From NCBI GenBank assembly GCA_964016885.1, contig OZ024741.1, forward strand, positions 415,524,001 to 415,588,000: 64,000 nucleotides of DNA, in the 5' to 3' direction. This document shows, piece by piece, positions 1 to 15,000 of the stretch. The DNA is from Eledone cirrhosa. Lineage: Eukaryota. The notes under the pieces were generated by a model, which saw only the letters and a list, made by a program, of their open reading frames with translations, had not been told where the DNA came from and did no database searches. A program made the position numbers and the translations under genes. Within the stretch, counting starts at the first letter, position 1. Each line of letters opens with the position of its first letter.

Positions 1-3000
1 GGTCAACACTTACCACGACTATTACCTAGAGTTGTCTTAACCCTTTATTTACCAACCTGGTCAACACTAACCAGGACTATTACCTACAGTTGTCTTAACA
101 CTTTAGTTACCAACCTGGTCAACACTAACCAGGACTATTACCTACAGTTGTCTTAACCCTTTAGTTACCAACCTGGTCAACACTTACCAGGACTATAACC
201 TACAGTTCTCTTAACCCTTTAGTTACCAGTCTGGTCAACACTGACCAGCACTATTATCTACAGTTGTCGTAACCCTTTAGTTACCAACCTGGTCAACACT
301 GACCAGGACTATTACCTACAGTTGTCTTAACCCTTTAGTTACCAACCTGGTCAACACTGACCAGAACTATTACCTACAGTTGTCTTAACCCTTTAGTTAC
401 CAACCTGGTCAACACTAACCAGGACTATTACCTACAGTTGTCTTAAACCTTTAGTTTCCAACCTGGTCAACACAGACCAGGACTATTACCTACAGTTGTC
501 TTAACCCTTTAGTTACCAACCCAGTCAACACTAACCAGGACGATTACCTACAGTTCTCTTAACCCTTTAGTTACCAACCTGGTCAACACTGACCAGCACT
601 ATTATCTACAGTTGTCTTAAGCCTTTAGTTAACAGTCTGGTCAACACTGACCAGCACTATTATCTACAGTTGTCTTAACCCTTTAGTTACCAGTCTAGTC
701 AACACTGACCAGCACTATTATCTACAGTTGTCGTAACACTTTAGTTACCAACCTGGTCAACACTTACCAGGACTATTACTTACAGTTGTCTTAACCCTTT
801 AGTTACCAACCTGGTCAACACTTACCATGACTATTACCTAGAGTTGTCTTAACCCTTTAGTTACCAACCTGGTCAACACTAACCTGGACTATTACCTACA
901 GTTGTGTTAACCCTTTAGTTACCAACCTGGTCAACACTAACCAGGACTATTACCTAAAGTTGTCTTAACACTTTTGTTACCAACCTGGTCAACACTAACC
1001 AGGACTATTACCTACAGTTGTCTTAACCCTTTAGTTACCAACCTGGTCAACACTTACCAGGACTATAACCTACAGTTCTCTTAACCCTTTAGTTACCAGT
1101 CTGGTCAACACTGACCAGCACTATTATCTACAGTTGTCTTAACCCTTTGGTTACCAACCTGGTCAACACTGACCAGGACTATTACCTACAGTTGTCGTAA
1201 CACTTTAGTTATCAACCTAGTCAACACTTACCAGGACTATAACCTACAGTTCTCTTAACCCTTTAGTTACCAGTCTGGTCAACACTGACCAGGACTATTA
1301 CCTACAGTTGTCTTAACCCTTTGGTTACCAACCTGGTCAACACTGACCAGGACTATTACCTACAGTTGTCGTAACACTTTAGTTATCAACCTAGTCAACA
1401 CTTACCAGGACTATAACCTACAGTTCTCTTAACCCTTTAGTTACCAGTCTGGTCAACACTGACCAGCACTATTATCTACAGTTGTCTTAACCCTTCGGTT
1501 ACCAACCTGGTCAACACTAACCAGGACTATTATCTACAGTTGTCGTAACACTTTAGTTACCAACCTGGTCAACAGTAACCAGGAATATTATCTACAGTTG
1601 TGTTAACCCTTTAGTTACCAACCTGGTCAACACTAACCAGGACTATTACCTACAGTTGTCTTAAACCTTTAGTTTCCAACCTGGTCAACACAGACCAGGA
1701 CTATTACCTACAGTTGTCTTAACCCTTTAGTTACCAACCCAGTCAACACTAACCAGGACGATTACCTACAGTTCTCTTAACCCTTTAGTTACCAACCTGG
1801 TCAACACTGACCAGCACTATTATCTACAGTTGTCTTAAGCCTTTAGTTAACAGTCTGGTCAACACTGACCAGCACTATTATCTACAGTTGTCTTAACCCT
1901 TTAGTTACCAGTCTAGTCAACACTGACCAGCACTATTATCTACAGTTGTCGTAACACTTTAGTTACCAACCTGGTCAACACTTACCAGGACTATTACTTA
2001 CAGTTGTCTTAACCCTTTAGTTACCAACCTGGTCAACACTGACCAGCACTATTATCTACAGTTGTCTTAACCCTTTAGTTACCAACCTGGTCAACACTTA
2101 CCATGACTATTACCTAGAGTTGTCTTAACCCTTTAGTTACCAACCTGGTCAACACTAACCTGGACTATTACCTACAGTTGTGTTAACCCTTTAGTTACCA
2201 ACCTGGTCAACACTAACCTGGACTATTACCTACAGTTGTGTTAACCCTTTAGTTACCAACCTGGTCAACACTAACCAGGACTATTACCTAAAGTTGTCTT
2301 AACACTTTTGTTACCAACCTGGTCAACACTAACCAGGACTATTACCTACAGTTGTCTTAACCCTTTAGTTACCAACCTGGTCAACACTTACCAGGACTAT
2401 AACCTACAGTTCTCTTAACCCTTTAGTTACCAGTCTGGTCAACACTGACCAGCACTATTATCTACAGTTGTCTTAACCCTTTGGTTACCAACCTGGTCAA
2501 CACTGACCAGGACTATTACCTACAGTTGTCGTAACACTTTAGTTATCAACCTAGTCAACACTTACCAGGACTATAACCTACAGTTCTCTTAACCCTTTAG
2601 TTACCAGTCTGGTCAACACTGACCAGCACTATTATCTACAGTTGTCTTAACCCTTTGGTTACCAACCTGGTCAACACTAACCAGGACTATTATCTACAGT
2701 TGTTGTAACACTTTAGTTACCAACCTGGTCAACACTTACCAGGACTATTACCTACAGTTGTCTTAACACTTTAGTTACCAACCTGGTCAACACTTACCAG
2801 GACTATTACCTACAGTTGTCTTAACCCTTTAGTTACCAACCTGGTCAACACGGACCAGGACTATTACCTACAGTTGTCGTAACCCTTTAGTTACCAACCC
2901 AGTCAACACTAACCAGGACTATTACCTACAGTTGTGTTAACCCTTTAGTTACCAACCTAGTCAACACTAACCAGGACTATTAACTACAGTTGTCTTAACC

Positions 3001-6000
3001 CTTTAGTTACCAACCTGGTCAACATTAACCAGGACTATTACCTACAGTTGTCTTAACCCTTTAGTTACCAACCTGGTCAACACTGACCAGGACTATTACC
3101 TACAGTTGTCTTAACCCTTTAGTTACCAACCTGGTCAACACTAACCAGGAATATTATCTACAGTTGTGTTAACCCTTTAGTTACCAACCTGGTCAACACT
3201 AACCAGGACTATTACCTACAGTTGTCTTAAACCTTTAGTTTCCAACCTGGTCAACACAGACCAGGATTATTACCTACAGTTGTCTTAACCCTTTAGTTAC
3301 CAACCCAGTCAACACTAACCAGGACGATTACCTACAGTTCTCTTAACCCTTTAGTTACCAACCTGGTCAACACTGACCAGCACTATTATCTACAGTTGTC
3401 TTAAGCCTTTAGTTAACAGTCTGGTCAACACTGACCAGCACTATTATCTACAGTTGTCTTAACCCTTTAGTTACCAGTCTAGTCAACACTGACCAGCACT
3501 ATTATCTACAGTTGTCGTAACATTTTAGTTACCAACCTGGTCAACACTTACCAGGACTATTACTTACAGTTGTCTTAACCCTTTAGTTACCAACCTGGTC
3601 AACACTTACCACGACTATTACCTAGAGTTGTCTTAACCCTTTAGTTACCAACCTGGTCAACACTAACCAGGACTATTACCTACAGTTGTCTTAACACTTT
3701 AGTTACCAACCTGGTCAACACTAACCAGGACTATTACCTACAGTTGTCTTAACCCTTTAGTTACCAACCTGGTCAACACTTACCAGGACTATAACCTACA
3801 GTTCTCTTAACCCTTTAGTTACCAGTCTGGTCAACACTGACCAGCACTATTATCTACAGTTGTCGTAACCCTTTAGTTACCAACCTGGTCAACACTGACC
3901 AGGACTATTACCTACAGTTGTCTTAACCCTTTAGTTACCAACCTGGTCAACACTGACCAGAACTATTACCTACAGTTGTCTTAACCCTTTAGTTACCAAC
4001 CTGGTCAACACTAACCAGGACTATTACCTACAGTTGTCTTAAACCTTTAGTTTCCAACCTGGTCAACACAGACCAGGACTATTACCTACAGTTGTCTTAA
4101 CCCTTTAGTTACCAACCCAGTCAACACTAACCAGGACGATTACCTACAGTTCTCTTAACCCTTTAGTTACCAACCTGGTCAACACTGACCAGCACTATTA
4201 TCTACAGTTGTCTTAAGCCTTTAGTTAACAGTCTGGTCAACACTGACCAGCACTATTATCTACAGTTGTCTTAACCCTTTAGTTACCAGTCTAGTCAACA
4301 CTGACCAGCACTATTATCTACAGTTGTCGTAACACTTTAGTTACCAACCTGGTCAACACTTACCAGGACTATTACTTACAGTTGTCTTAACCCTTTAGTT
4401 ACCAACCTGGTCAACACTTACCATGACTATTACCTAGAGTTGTCTTAACCCTTTAGTTACCAACCTGGTCAACACTAACCTGGACTATAACCTAAAGTTG
4501 TCTTAACACTTTTGTTACCAACCTGGTCAACACTAACCAGGACTATTACCTACAGTTGTCTTAACCCTTTAGTTACCAACCTGGTCAACACTTACCAGGA
4601 CTATAACCTACAGTTCTCTTAACCCTTTAGTTACCAGTCTGGTCAACACTGACCAGCACTATTATCTACAGTTGTCTTAACCCTTTGGTTACCAACCTGG
4701 TCAACACTAACCAGGACTATTATCTACAGTTGTCGTAACACTTTAGTTACCAACCTGGTCAACACTTACCAGGACTATTACCTACAGTTGTCTTAACACT
4801 TTAGTTACCAACCTGGTCAACACTTACCAGGACTATTACCTACAGTTGTCTTAACCCTTTAGTTACCAACCTGGTCAACACTTACCAGGACTATTACCTA
4901 CAGTTGTCTTAACCCTTTAGTTACCAACTTGGTCAACACGGACCAGGACTATTACCTACAGTTGTCGTAACCCTTTAGTTACCAACCCAGTCAACACTAA
5001 CCAGGACTATTACCTACAGTTGTGTTAACCCTTTAGTTACCAACCTAGTCAACACTAACCAGGACTATTACCTACAGTTGTCTTAACCCTTTAGTTACCA
5101 ACCTGGTCAACACTGACCAGGACTATTACCTACAGTTGTCTTAACCCTTTAGTTACCAACCTGGTCAACACTAACCAGGAATATTATCTACAGTTGTGTT
5201 AACCCTTTAGTTACCAACCTGGTCAACACCAACCAGGACTATTACCTACAGTTGTCTTAAACCTTTAGTTTCCAACCTGGTCAACACAGACCAGGACTAT
5301 TACCTACAGTTGTCTTAACCCTTTAGTTACCAACCCAGTCAACACTAACCAGGACGATTACCTACAGTTCTCTTAACCCTTTAGTTACCAACCTGGTCAA
5401 CACTGACCAGCACTATTATCTACAGTTGTCTTAAGCCTTTAGTTAACAGTCTGGTCAACACTGACCAGCACTATTATCTACAGTTGTCTTAACCCTTTAG
5501 TTACCAGTCTAGTCAACACTGACCAGCACTATTATCTACAGTTGTCGTAACATTTTAGTTACCAACCTGGTCAACACTTACCAGGACTATTACTTACAGT
5601 TGTCTTAACCCTTTAGTTACCAACCTGGTCAACACTTACCACGACTATTACCTAGAGTTGTCTTAACCCTTTAGTTACCAACCTGGTCAACACTAACCAG
5701 GACTATTACCTACAGTTGTCTTAACACTTTAGTTACCAACCTGGTCAACACTAACCAGGACTATTACCTACAGTTGTCTTAACCCTTTAGTTACCAACCT
5801 GGTCAACACTTACCAGGACTATAACCTACAGTTCTCTTAACCCTTTAGTTACCAGTCTGGTCAACACTGACCAGCACTATTATCTACAGTTGTCGTAACC
5901 CTTTAGTTACCAACCTGGTCAACACTGACCAGGACTATTACCTACAGTTGTCTTAACCCTTTAGTTACCAACCTGGTCAACACTGACCAGAACTATTACC

Positions 6001-9000
6001 TACAGTTGTCTTAACCCTTTAGTTACCAACCTGGTCAACACTAACCAGGACTATTACCTACAGTTGTCTTAAACCTTTAGTTTCCAACCTGGTCAACACA
6101 GACCAGGACTATTACCTACAGTTGTCTTAACCCTTTAGTTACGAACCCAGTCAACACTAACCAGGACGATTACCTACAGTTCTCTTAACCCTTTAGTTAC
6201 CAACCTGGTCAACACTGACCAGCACTATTATCTACAGTTGTCTTAAGCCTTTAGTTAACAGTCTGGTCAACACTGACCAGCACTATTATCTACAGTTGTC
6301 TTAACCCTTTAGTTACCAGTCTAGTCAACACTGACCAGCACTATTATCTACAGTTGTCGTAACACTTTAGTTACCAACCTGGTCAACACTTACCAGGACT
6401 ATTACTTACAGTTGTCTTAACCCTTTAGTTACCAACCTGGTCAACACTTACCATGACTATTACCTAGAGTTGTCTTAACCCTTTAGTTACCAACCTGGTC
6501 AACACTAACCTGGACTATTACCTACAGTTGTGTTAACCCTTTAGTTACCAACCTGGTCAACACCAACCAGGACTATTACCTAAAGTTGTCTTAACACTTT
6601 TGTTACCAACCTGGTCAACACTAACCAGGACTATTACCTACAGTTGTCTTAACCCTTTAGTTACCAACCTGGTCAACACTTACCAGGACTATAACCTACA
6701 GTTCTCTTAACCCTTTAGTTACCAGTCTGGTCAACACTGACCAGCACTATTATCTACAGTTGTCTTAACCCTTTGGTTACCAACCTGGTCAACACTAACC
6801 AGGACTATTATCTACAGTTGTCGTAACACTTTAGTTACCAACCTGGTCAACACTTACCAGGACTATTACCTACAGTTGTCTTAACACTTTAGTTACCAAC
6901 CTGGTCAACACTTACCAGGACTATTACCTACAGTTGTCTTAACCCTTTAGTTACCAACCTGGTCAACACGGACCAGGACTATTACCTACAGTTGTCGTAA
7001 CCCTTTAGTTACCAACCCAGTCAACACTAACCAGGACTATTACCTACAGTTGTGTTAACCCTTTAGTTACCAACCTAGTCAACACTAACCAGGACTATTA
7101 ACTACAGTTGTCTTAACCCTTTAGTTACCAACCTGGTCAACATTGACCAGGACTATTACCTACAGTTGTCTTAACCCTTTAGTTACCAACCTGGTCAACA
7201 CTGACCAGGACTATTACCTACAGTTGTCTTAACCCTTTAGTTACCAACCTGGTCAACACTAACCAGGAATATTATCTACAGTTGTGTTAACCCTTTAGTT
7301 ACCAACCTGGTCAACACTAACCAGGACTATTACCTACAGTTGTCTTAAACCTTTAGTTTCCAACCTGGTCAACACAGACCAGGACTATTACCTACAGTTG
7401 TCTTAACCCTTTAGTTACCAACCCAGTCAACACTAACCAGGACGATTACCTACAGTTCTCTTAACCCTTTAGTTACCAACCTGGTCAACACTGACCAGCA
7501 CTATTATCTACAGTTGTCTTAAGCCTTTAGTTAACAGTCTGGTCAACACTGACCAGCACTATTATCTACAGTTGTCTTAACCCTTTAGTTACCAGTCTAG
7601 TCAACACTGACCAGCACTATTATCTACAGTTGTCGTAACATTTTAGTTACCAACCTGGTCAACACTGACCAGGACTATTACCTACAGTTGTCTTAACCCT
7701 TTAGTTACCAACCTGGTCAACACTGACCAGAACTATTACCTACAGTTGTCTTACCCCTTTAGTTACCAACCTGGTCAACACTAACCAGGACTATTACCTA
7801 CAGTTGTCTTAACCCTTTAGTTACCAATCTGGTCAACACTAACCAGGACTATTACCTACAGTTGTCTTAACCCTTTAGTTACCAACCTGGTCAAAACTAA
7901 CCAGGACTATTATCTACAGTTGTCTTAACCCTTTAGTTACCAACCCAGTCAACACTAACCAGGACTATTACCGACAGTTGTCTTAACCCTTTAGTTACCA
8001 ACCCAGTCAACACTAACCAGGACTATTACCTACAGTTGTCTTAACGCTTTAGTTATCAACCTGGTCAACACTAACCAGAACAATTACCTACAGTTGTCTT
8101 AACCCTTTAGTTATCAACCTGGTCAACACTGACCAGGACTATTACCTACAGTTGTCTTAACCCTTTAGTTACCAACCTGGTCAACACTAACCAGGGCTAT
8201 TACCTACATTTTTCTTAACCGTTTAGTTACCAACCTGGTCAACACTGACCAGGACTATTACCTACAGTTGTCTTAACCCTTTAGTTACCAACCTGGTCAA
8301 CACTGACCAGGAATATTACCTGCAGTTGTCTTAACCCTTTAGTTACCAACCTGGTCAACACTGACCAGCACTATTATCTACAGTTGTCTTAAGCCTTTAG
8401 TTAACAGTCTGGTCACACTGACCAGCACTATTATCTACAGTTGTCTTAACACTTTAGTTACCAACCTGGTCAACACTTACCAGGACTATTACCTACAGTT
8501 GTCTTAACCCTTTAGTTACCAACCTGGTCAACAATAACCAGGACTATTACCTACAGTTGTCTTAACCCTTTAGTTACCAACCTGGTCAACACTGACCAGG
8601 ACTATTACCTACAGTTGTCTTAACCCTTTAGTTACTAACCTGGTCAACACTGACCAGGACTATTACCTACAGTTGTCTTAACCCTTTAGTTACCAACCTG
8701 GTCAACACTAACCAGGACTATTACCTACAGTTGTCTTAACCCTTTAGTTACCAGTCTGGTCAACACTAACCAGGACTATTACCTACAGTTGTCTTAACCC
8801 TTTAGTTACCAACCTGGTCAACACTTACCAGGACTATTACCTACAGTTCTCTTAACCCTTTAGTTACCAGTCTGGTCAACACTGACCAGCACTATTATCT
8901 ACAGTTGTCTTAACCCTTTGGTTACCAACCTGGTCAACACTGACCAGCACTATTATCTACAGTTGTCGTAACCCTTTAGTTACCAACCTGGTCAAAACTG

Positions 9001-12000
9001 ACCAGGACTATTACCTACAGTTGTCTTAACCCTTTAGTTACCAACCTGGTCAACACTGACCAGAACTATTACCTACAGTTGTCTTAACCCTTTAGTTACC
9101 AACCTGGTCAACACTAACCAGGACTATTACCTACAGTTGTCTTAACCCTTTAGTTACCAATCTGGTCAACACTAACCAGGACTATTACCTACAGTTGTCT
9201 TAACCCTTTAGTTACCAACCTGGTCAAAACTAACCAGGACTATTACTTACAGTTGTCTTAACCCTTTAGTTACCAACCTGGTTAACACTGACCAGGACTA
9301 TTACCTACAGTTGTCCTAACCCTTTAGTTACAAACCTGGTCAACACTGACCAGGACTATTACCTAAAGTTGTCTTATTCCCTTTAGTTACCAGTCTGGTC
9401 AACACTAACCAGGACTATTACCTACAGTTGTCTTAACCCTTTAGTTACCAGTCTGGTCAACACTAACCAGGACTATTACCTACAGTTGTCTTAACCCTTT
9501 AGTTACCAACCTGGTCAACACTTACCAGGACTATTACCTACAGTTCTCTTAACCCTTTAGTTACCAGTCTGGTCAACACTGACCAGCACTATTATCTACA
9601 GTTGTCTTAACCCTTTGGTTACCAACCTGGTCAACACTGACCAGCACTATTATCTACAGTTGTCGTAACCCTTTAGTTACCAACCTGGTCAAAACTGACC
9701 AGGACTATTACCTACAGTTGTCTTAACCCTTTAGTTACCAACCTGGTCAACACTGACCAGAACTATTACCTACAGTTGTCTTAACCCTTTAGTTACCAAC
9801 CTGGTCAACACTAACCAGGACTATTACCTACAGTTGTCTTAACCCTTTAGTTACCAATCTGGTCAACACTAACCAGGACTATTACCTACAGTTGTCTTAA
9901 CCCTTTAGTTACCAACCTGGTCAAAACTAACCAGGACTATTACTTACAGTTGTCTTAACCCTTTAGTTACCAACCTGGTTAACACTGACCAGGACTATTA
10001 CCTACAGTTGTACTAACCCTTTAGTTACAAACCTGGTCAACACTGACCAGGACTATTACCTAAAGTTGTCTTATTCCCTTTAGTTACCAGTCTGGTCAAC
10101 CCTGACCAGCACTATTATCTACAGTTGTCTTAACCCTTTAGTTACCAGTCTGGTCAACACTGACCAGGACTATTACCTACAGTTGTCGTAACACTTTAGT
10201 TATCAACCTAGTCAACACTAACCAGGACTATTATCTACAGTTGTCGTAACACTTTAGTTACCAACCTGGTCAACACTTACCAGGACTATTACCTACAGTT
10301 GTCTTAACACTTTAGTTACCAACCTGGTCAACACTTACCAGGACTATTACCTACAGTTGTCTTAACCCTTTAGTTACCAACCTGGTCAACACGGACCAGG
10401 ACTATTACCTACAGTTGTCGTAACCCTTTAGTTACCAACCCAGTCAACACTAACCAGGACTATTACCTACAGTTGTGTTAACCCTTTAGTTACCAACCTA
10501 GTCAACACTAACCAGGACTATTAACTACAGTTGTCTTAACCCTTTAGTTACCAACCTGGTCAACATTAACCAGGACTATTACCTACAGTTGTCTTAACCC
10601 TTTAGTTACCAACCTGGTCAACACTGACCAGGACTATTACCTACAGTTGTCTTAACCCTTTAGTTACCAACCTGGTCAACACTAACCAGGAATATTATCT
10701 ACAGTTGTGTTAACCCTTTAGTTACCAACCTGGTCAACATTAACCAGGACTATTACCTACAGTTGTCTTAAACCTTTAGTTTCCAACCTGGTCAACACAG
10801 ACCAGGACTATTACCTACAGTTGTCTTAACCCTTTAGTTACCAACCCAGTCAACACTAACCAGGACGATTACCTACAGTTCTCTTAACCCTTTAGTTACC
10901 AACCTGGTCAACACTGACCAGCACTATTATCTACAGTTGTCTTAAGCCTTTAGTTAACAGTCTGGTCAACACTGACCAGCACTATTATCTACAGTTGTCT
11001 TAACCCTTTAGTTACCAGTCTAGTCAACACTGACCAGCACTATTATCTACAGTTGTCGTAACATTTTAGTTACCAACCTGGTCAACACTTACCAGGACTA
11101 TTACTTACAGTTGTCTTAACCCTTTAGTTACCAACCTGGTCAACACTTACCACGACTATTACCTAGAGTTGTCTTAACCCTTTAGTTACCAACCTGGTCA
11201 ACACTAACCAGGACTATTACCTACAGTTGTCTTAACACTTTAGTTACCAACCTGGTCAACACTAACCAGGACTATTACCTACAGTTGTCTTAACCCTTTA
11301 GTTACCAACCTGGTCAACACTTACCAGGACTATAACCTACAGTTCTCTTAACCCTTTAGTTACCAGTCTGGTCAACACTGACCAGCACTATTATCTACAG
11401 TTGTCGTAACCCTTTAGTTACCAACCTGGTCAACACTGACCAGGACTATTACCTACAGTTGTCTTAACCCTTTAGTTACCAACCTGGTCAACACTGACCA
11501 GAACTATTACCTACAGTTGTCTTAACCCTTTAGTTACCAACCTGGTCAACACTAACCAGGACTATTACCTACAGTTGTCTTAAACCTTTAGTTTCCAACC
11601 TGGTCAACACAGACCAGGACTATTACCTACAGTTGTCTTAACCCTTTAGTTACCAACCCAGTCAACACTAACCAGGACGATTACCTACAGTTCTCTTAAC
11701 CCTTTAGTTACCAACCTGGTCAACACTGACCAGCACTATTATCTACAGTTGTCTTAAGCCTTTAGTTAACAGTCTGGTCAACACTGACCAGCACTATTAT
11801 CTACAGTTGTCTTAACCCTTTAGTTACCAGTCTAGTCAACACTGACCAGCACTATTATCTACAGTTGTCGTAACACTTTAGATACCAACCTGGTCAACAC
11901 TTACCAGGACTATTACTTACAGTTGTCTTAACCCTTTAGTTACCAACCTGGTCAACACTTACCATGACTATTACCTAGAGTTGTCTTAACCCTTTAGTTA

Positions 12001-15000
12001 CCAACCTGGTCAACACTAACCTGGACTATTACCTACAGTTGTGTTAACCCTTTAGTTACCAACCTGGTCAACACTAACCAGGACTATTACCTAAAGTTGT
12101 CTTAACACTTTTGTTACCAACCTGGTCAACACTAACCAGGACTATTACCTACAGTTGTCTTAACCCTTTAGTTACCAACCTGGTCAACACTTACCAGGAC
12201 TATAACCTACAGTTCTCTTAACCCTTTAGTTACCAGTCTGGTCAACACTGACCAGCACTATTATCTACAGTTGTCTTAACCCTTTGGTTACCAACCTGGT
12301 CAACACTAACCAGGACTATTATCTACAGTTGTCGTAACACTTTAGTTACCAACCTGGTCAACACTTACCAGGACTATTACCTACAGTTGTCTTAACACTT
12401 TAGTTACCAACCTGGTCAACACTTACCAGGACTATTACCTACAGTTGTCTTAACACTTTAGTTACCAACCTGGTCAACACGGACCAGGACTATTACCTAC
12501 AGTTGTCGTAACCCTTTAGTTACCAACCCAGTCAACACTAACCAGGACTATTACCTACAGTTGTGTTAACCCTTTAGTTACCAACCTAGTCAACACTAAC
12601 CAGGACTATTAACTACAGTTGTCTTAACCCTTTAGTTACCAACCTGGTCAACATTGACCAGGACTATTACCTACAGTTGTCTTAACCCTTTAGTTACCAA
12701 CCTGGTCAACACTGACCAGGACTATTACCTACAGTTGTCTTAACCCTTTAGTTACCAACCTGGTCAACACTAACCAGGAATATTATCTACAGTTGTGTTA
12801 ACCCTTTAGTTACCAACCTGGTCAACACTAACCAGGACTATTACCTACAGTTGTCTTAAACCTTTAGTTTCCAACCTGGTCAACACAGACCAGGACTATT
12901 ACCTACAGTTGTCTTAACCCTTTAGTTACCAACCCAGTCAACACTAACCAGGACGATTACCTACAGTTCTCTTAACCCTTTAGTTACCAACCTGGTCAAC
13001 ACTGACCAGCACTATTATCTACAGTTGTCTTAAGCCTTTAGTTAACAGTCTGGTCAACACTGACCAGCACTATTATCTACAGTTGTCTTAACCCTTTAGT
13101 TACCAGTCTAGTCAACACTGACCAGCACTATTATCTACAGTTGTCGTAACATTTTAGTTACCAACCTGGTCAACACTTACCAGGACTATTACTTACAGTT
13201 GTCTTAACCCTTTAGTTACCAACCTGGTCAACACTTACCACGACTATTACCTAGAGTTGTCTTAACCCTTTAGTTACCAACCTGGTCAACACTAACCAGG
13301 ACTATTACCTACAGTTGTCTTAACACTTTAGTTACCAACCTGGTCAACACTAACCAGGACTATTACCTACAGTTGTCTTAACCCTTTAGTTACCAACCTG
13401 GTCAACACTTACCAGGACTATAACCTACAGTTCTCTTAACCCTTTAGTTACCAGTCTGGTCAACACTGACCAGCACTATTATCTACAGTTGTCGTAACCC
13501 TTTAGTTACCAACCTGGTCAACACTGACCAGGACTATTACCTACAGTTGTCTTAACCCTTTAGTTACCAACCTGGTCAACACTGACCAGAACTATTACCT
13601 ACAGTTGTCTTAACCCTTTAGTTACCAACCTGGTCAACACTAACCAGGACTATTACCTACAGTTGTCTTAAACCTTTAGTTTCCAACCTGGTCAACACAG
13701 ACCAGGACTATTACCTACAGTTGTCTTAACCCTTTAGTTACGAACCCAGTCAACACTAACCAGGACGATTACCTACAGTTCTCTTAACCCTTTAGTTACC
13801 AACCTGGTCAACACTGACCAGCACTATTATCTACAGTTGTCTTAAGCCTTTAGTTAACAGTCTGGTCAACACTGACCAGCACTATTATCTACAGTTGTCT
13901 TAACCCTTTAGTTACCAGTCTAGTCAACACTGACCAGCACTATTATCTACAGTTGTCGTAACACTTTAGTTACCAACCTGGTCAACACTTACCAGGACTA
14001 TTACTTACAGTTGTCTTAACCCTTTAGTTACCAACCTGGTCAACACTTACCATGACTATTACCTAGAGTTGTCTTAACCCTTTAGTTACCAACCTGGTCA
14101 ACACTAACCTGGACTATTACCTACAGTTGTGTTAACCCTTTAGTTACCAACCTGGTCAACACCAACCAGGACTATTACCTAAAGTTGTCTTAACACTTTT
14201 GTTACCAACCTGGTCAACACTAACCAGGACTATTACCTACAGTTGTCTTAACCCTTTAGTTACCAACCTGGTCAACACTTACCAGGACTATAACCTACAG
14301 TTCTCTTAACCCTTTAGTTACCAGTCTGGTCAACACTGACCAGCACTATTATCTACAGTTGTCTTAACCCTTTGGTTACCAACCTGGTCAACACTAACCA
14401 GGACTATTATCTACAGTTGTCGTAACACTTTAGTTACCAACCTGGTCAACACTTACCAGGACTATTACCTACAGTTGTCTTAACACTTTAGTTACCAACC
14501 TGGTCAACACTTACCAGGACTATTACCTACAGTTGTCTTAACCCTTTAGTTACCAACCTGGTCAACACGGACCAGGACTATTACCTACAGTTGTCGTAAC
14601 CCTTTAGTTACCAACCCAGTCAACACTAACCAGGACTATTACCTACAGTTGTGTTAACCCTTTAGTTACCAACCTAGTCAACACTAACCAGGACTATTAA
14701 CTACAGTTGTCTTAACCCTTTAGTTACCAACCTGGTCAACATTGACCAGGACTATTACCTACAGTTGTCTTAACCCTTTAGTTACCAACCTGGTCAACAC
14801 TGACCAGGACTATTACCTACAGTTGTCTTAACCCTTTAGTTACCAACCTGGTCAACACTAACCAGGAATATTATCTACAGTTGTGTTAACCCTTTAGTTA
14901 CCAACCTGGTCAACACTAACCAGGACTATTACCTACAGTTGTCTTAAACCTTTAGTTTCCAACCTGGTCAACACAGACCAGGACTATTACCTACAGTTGT

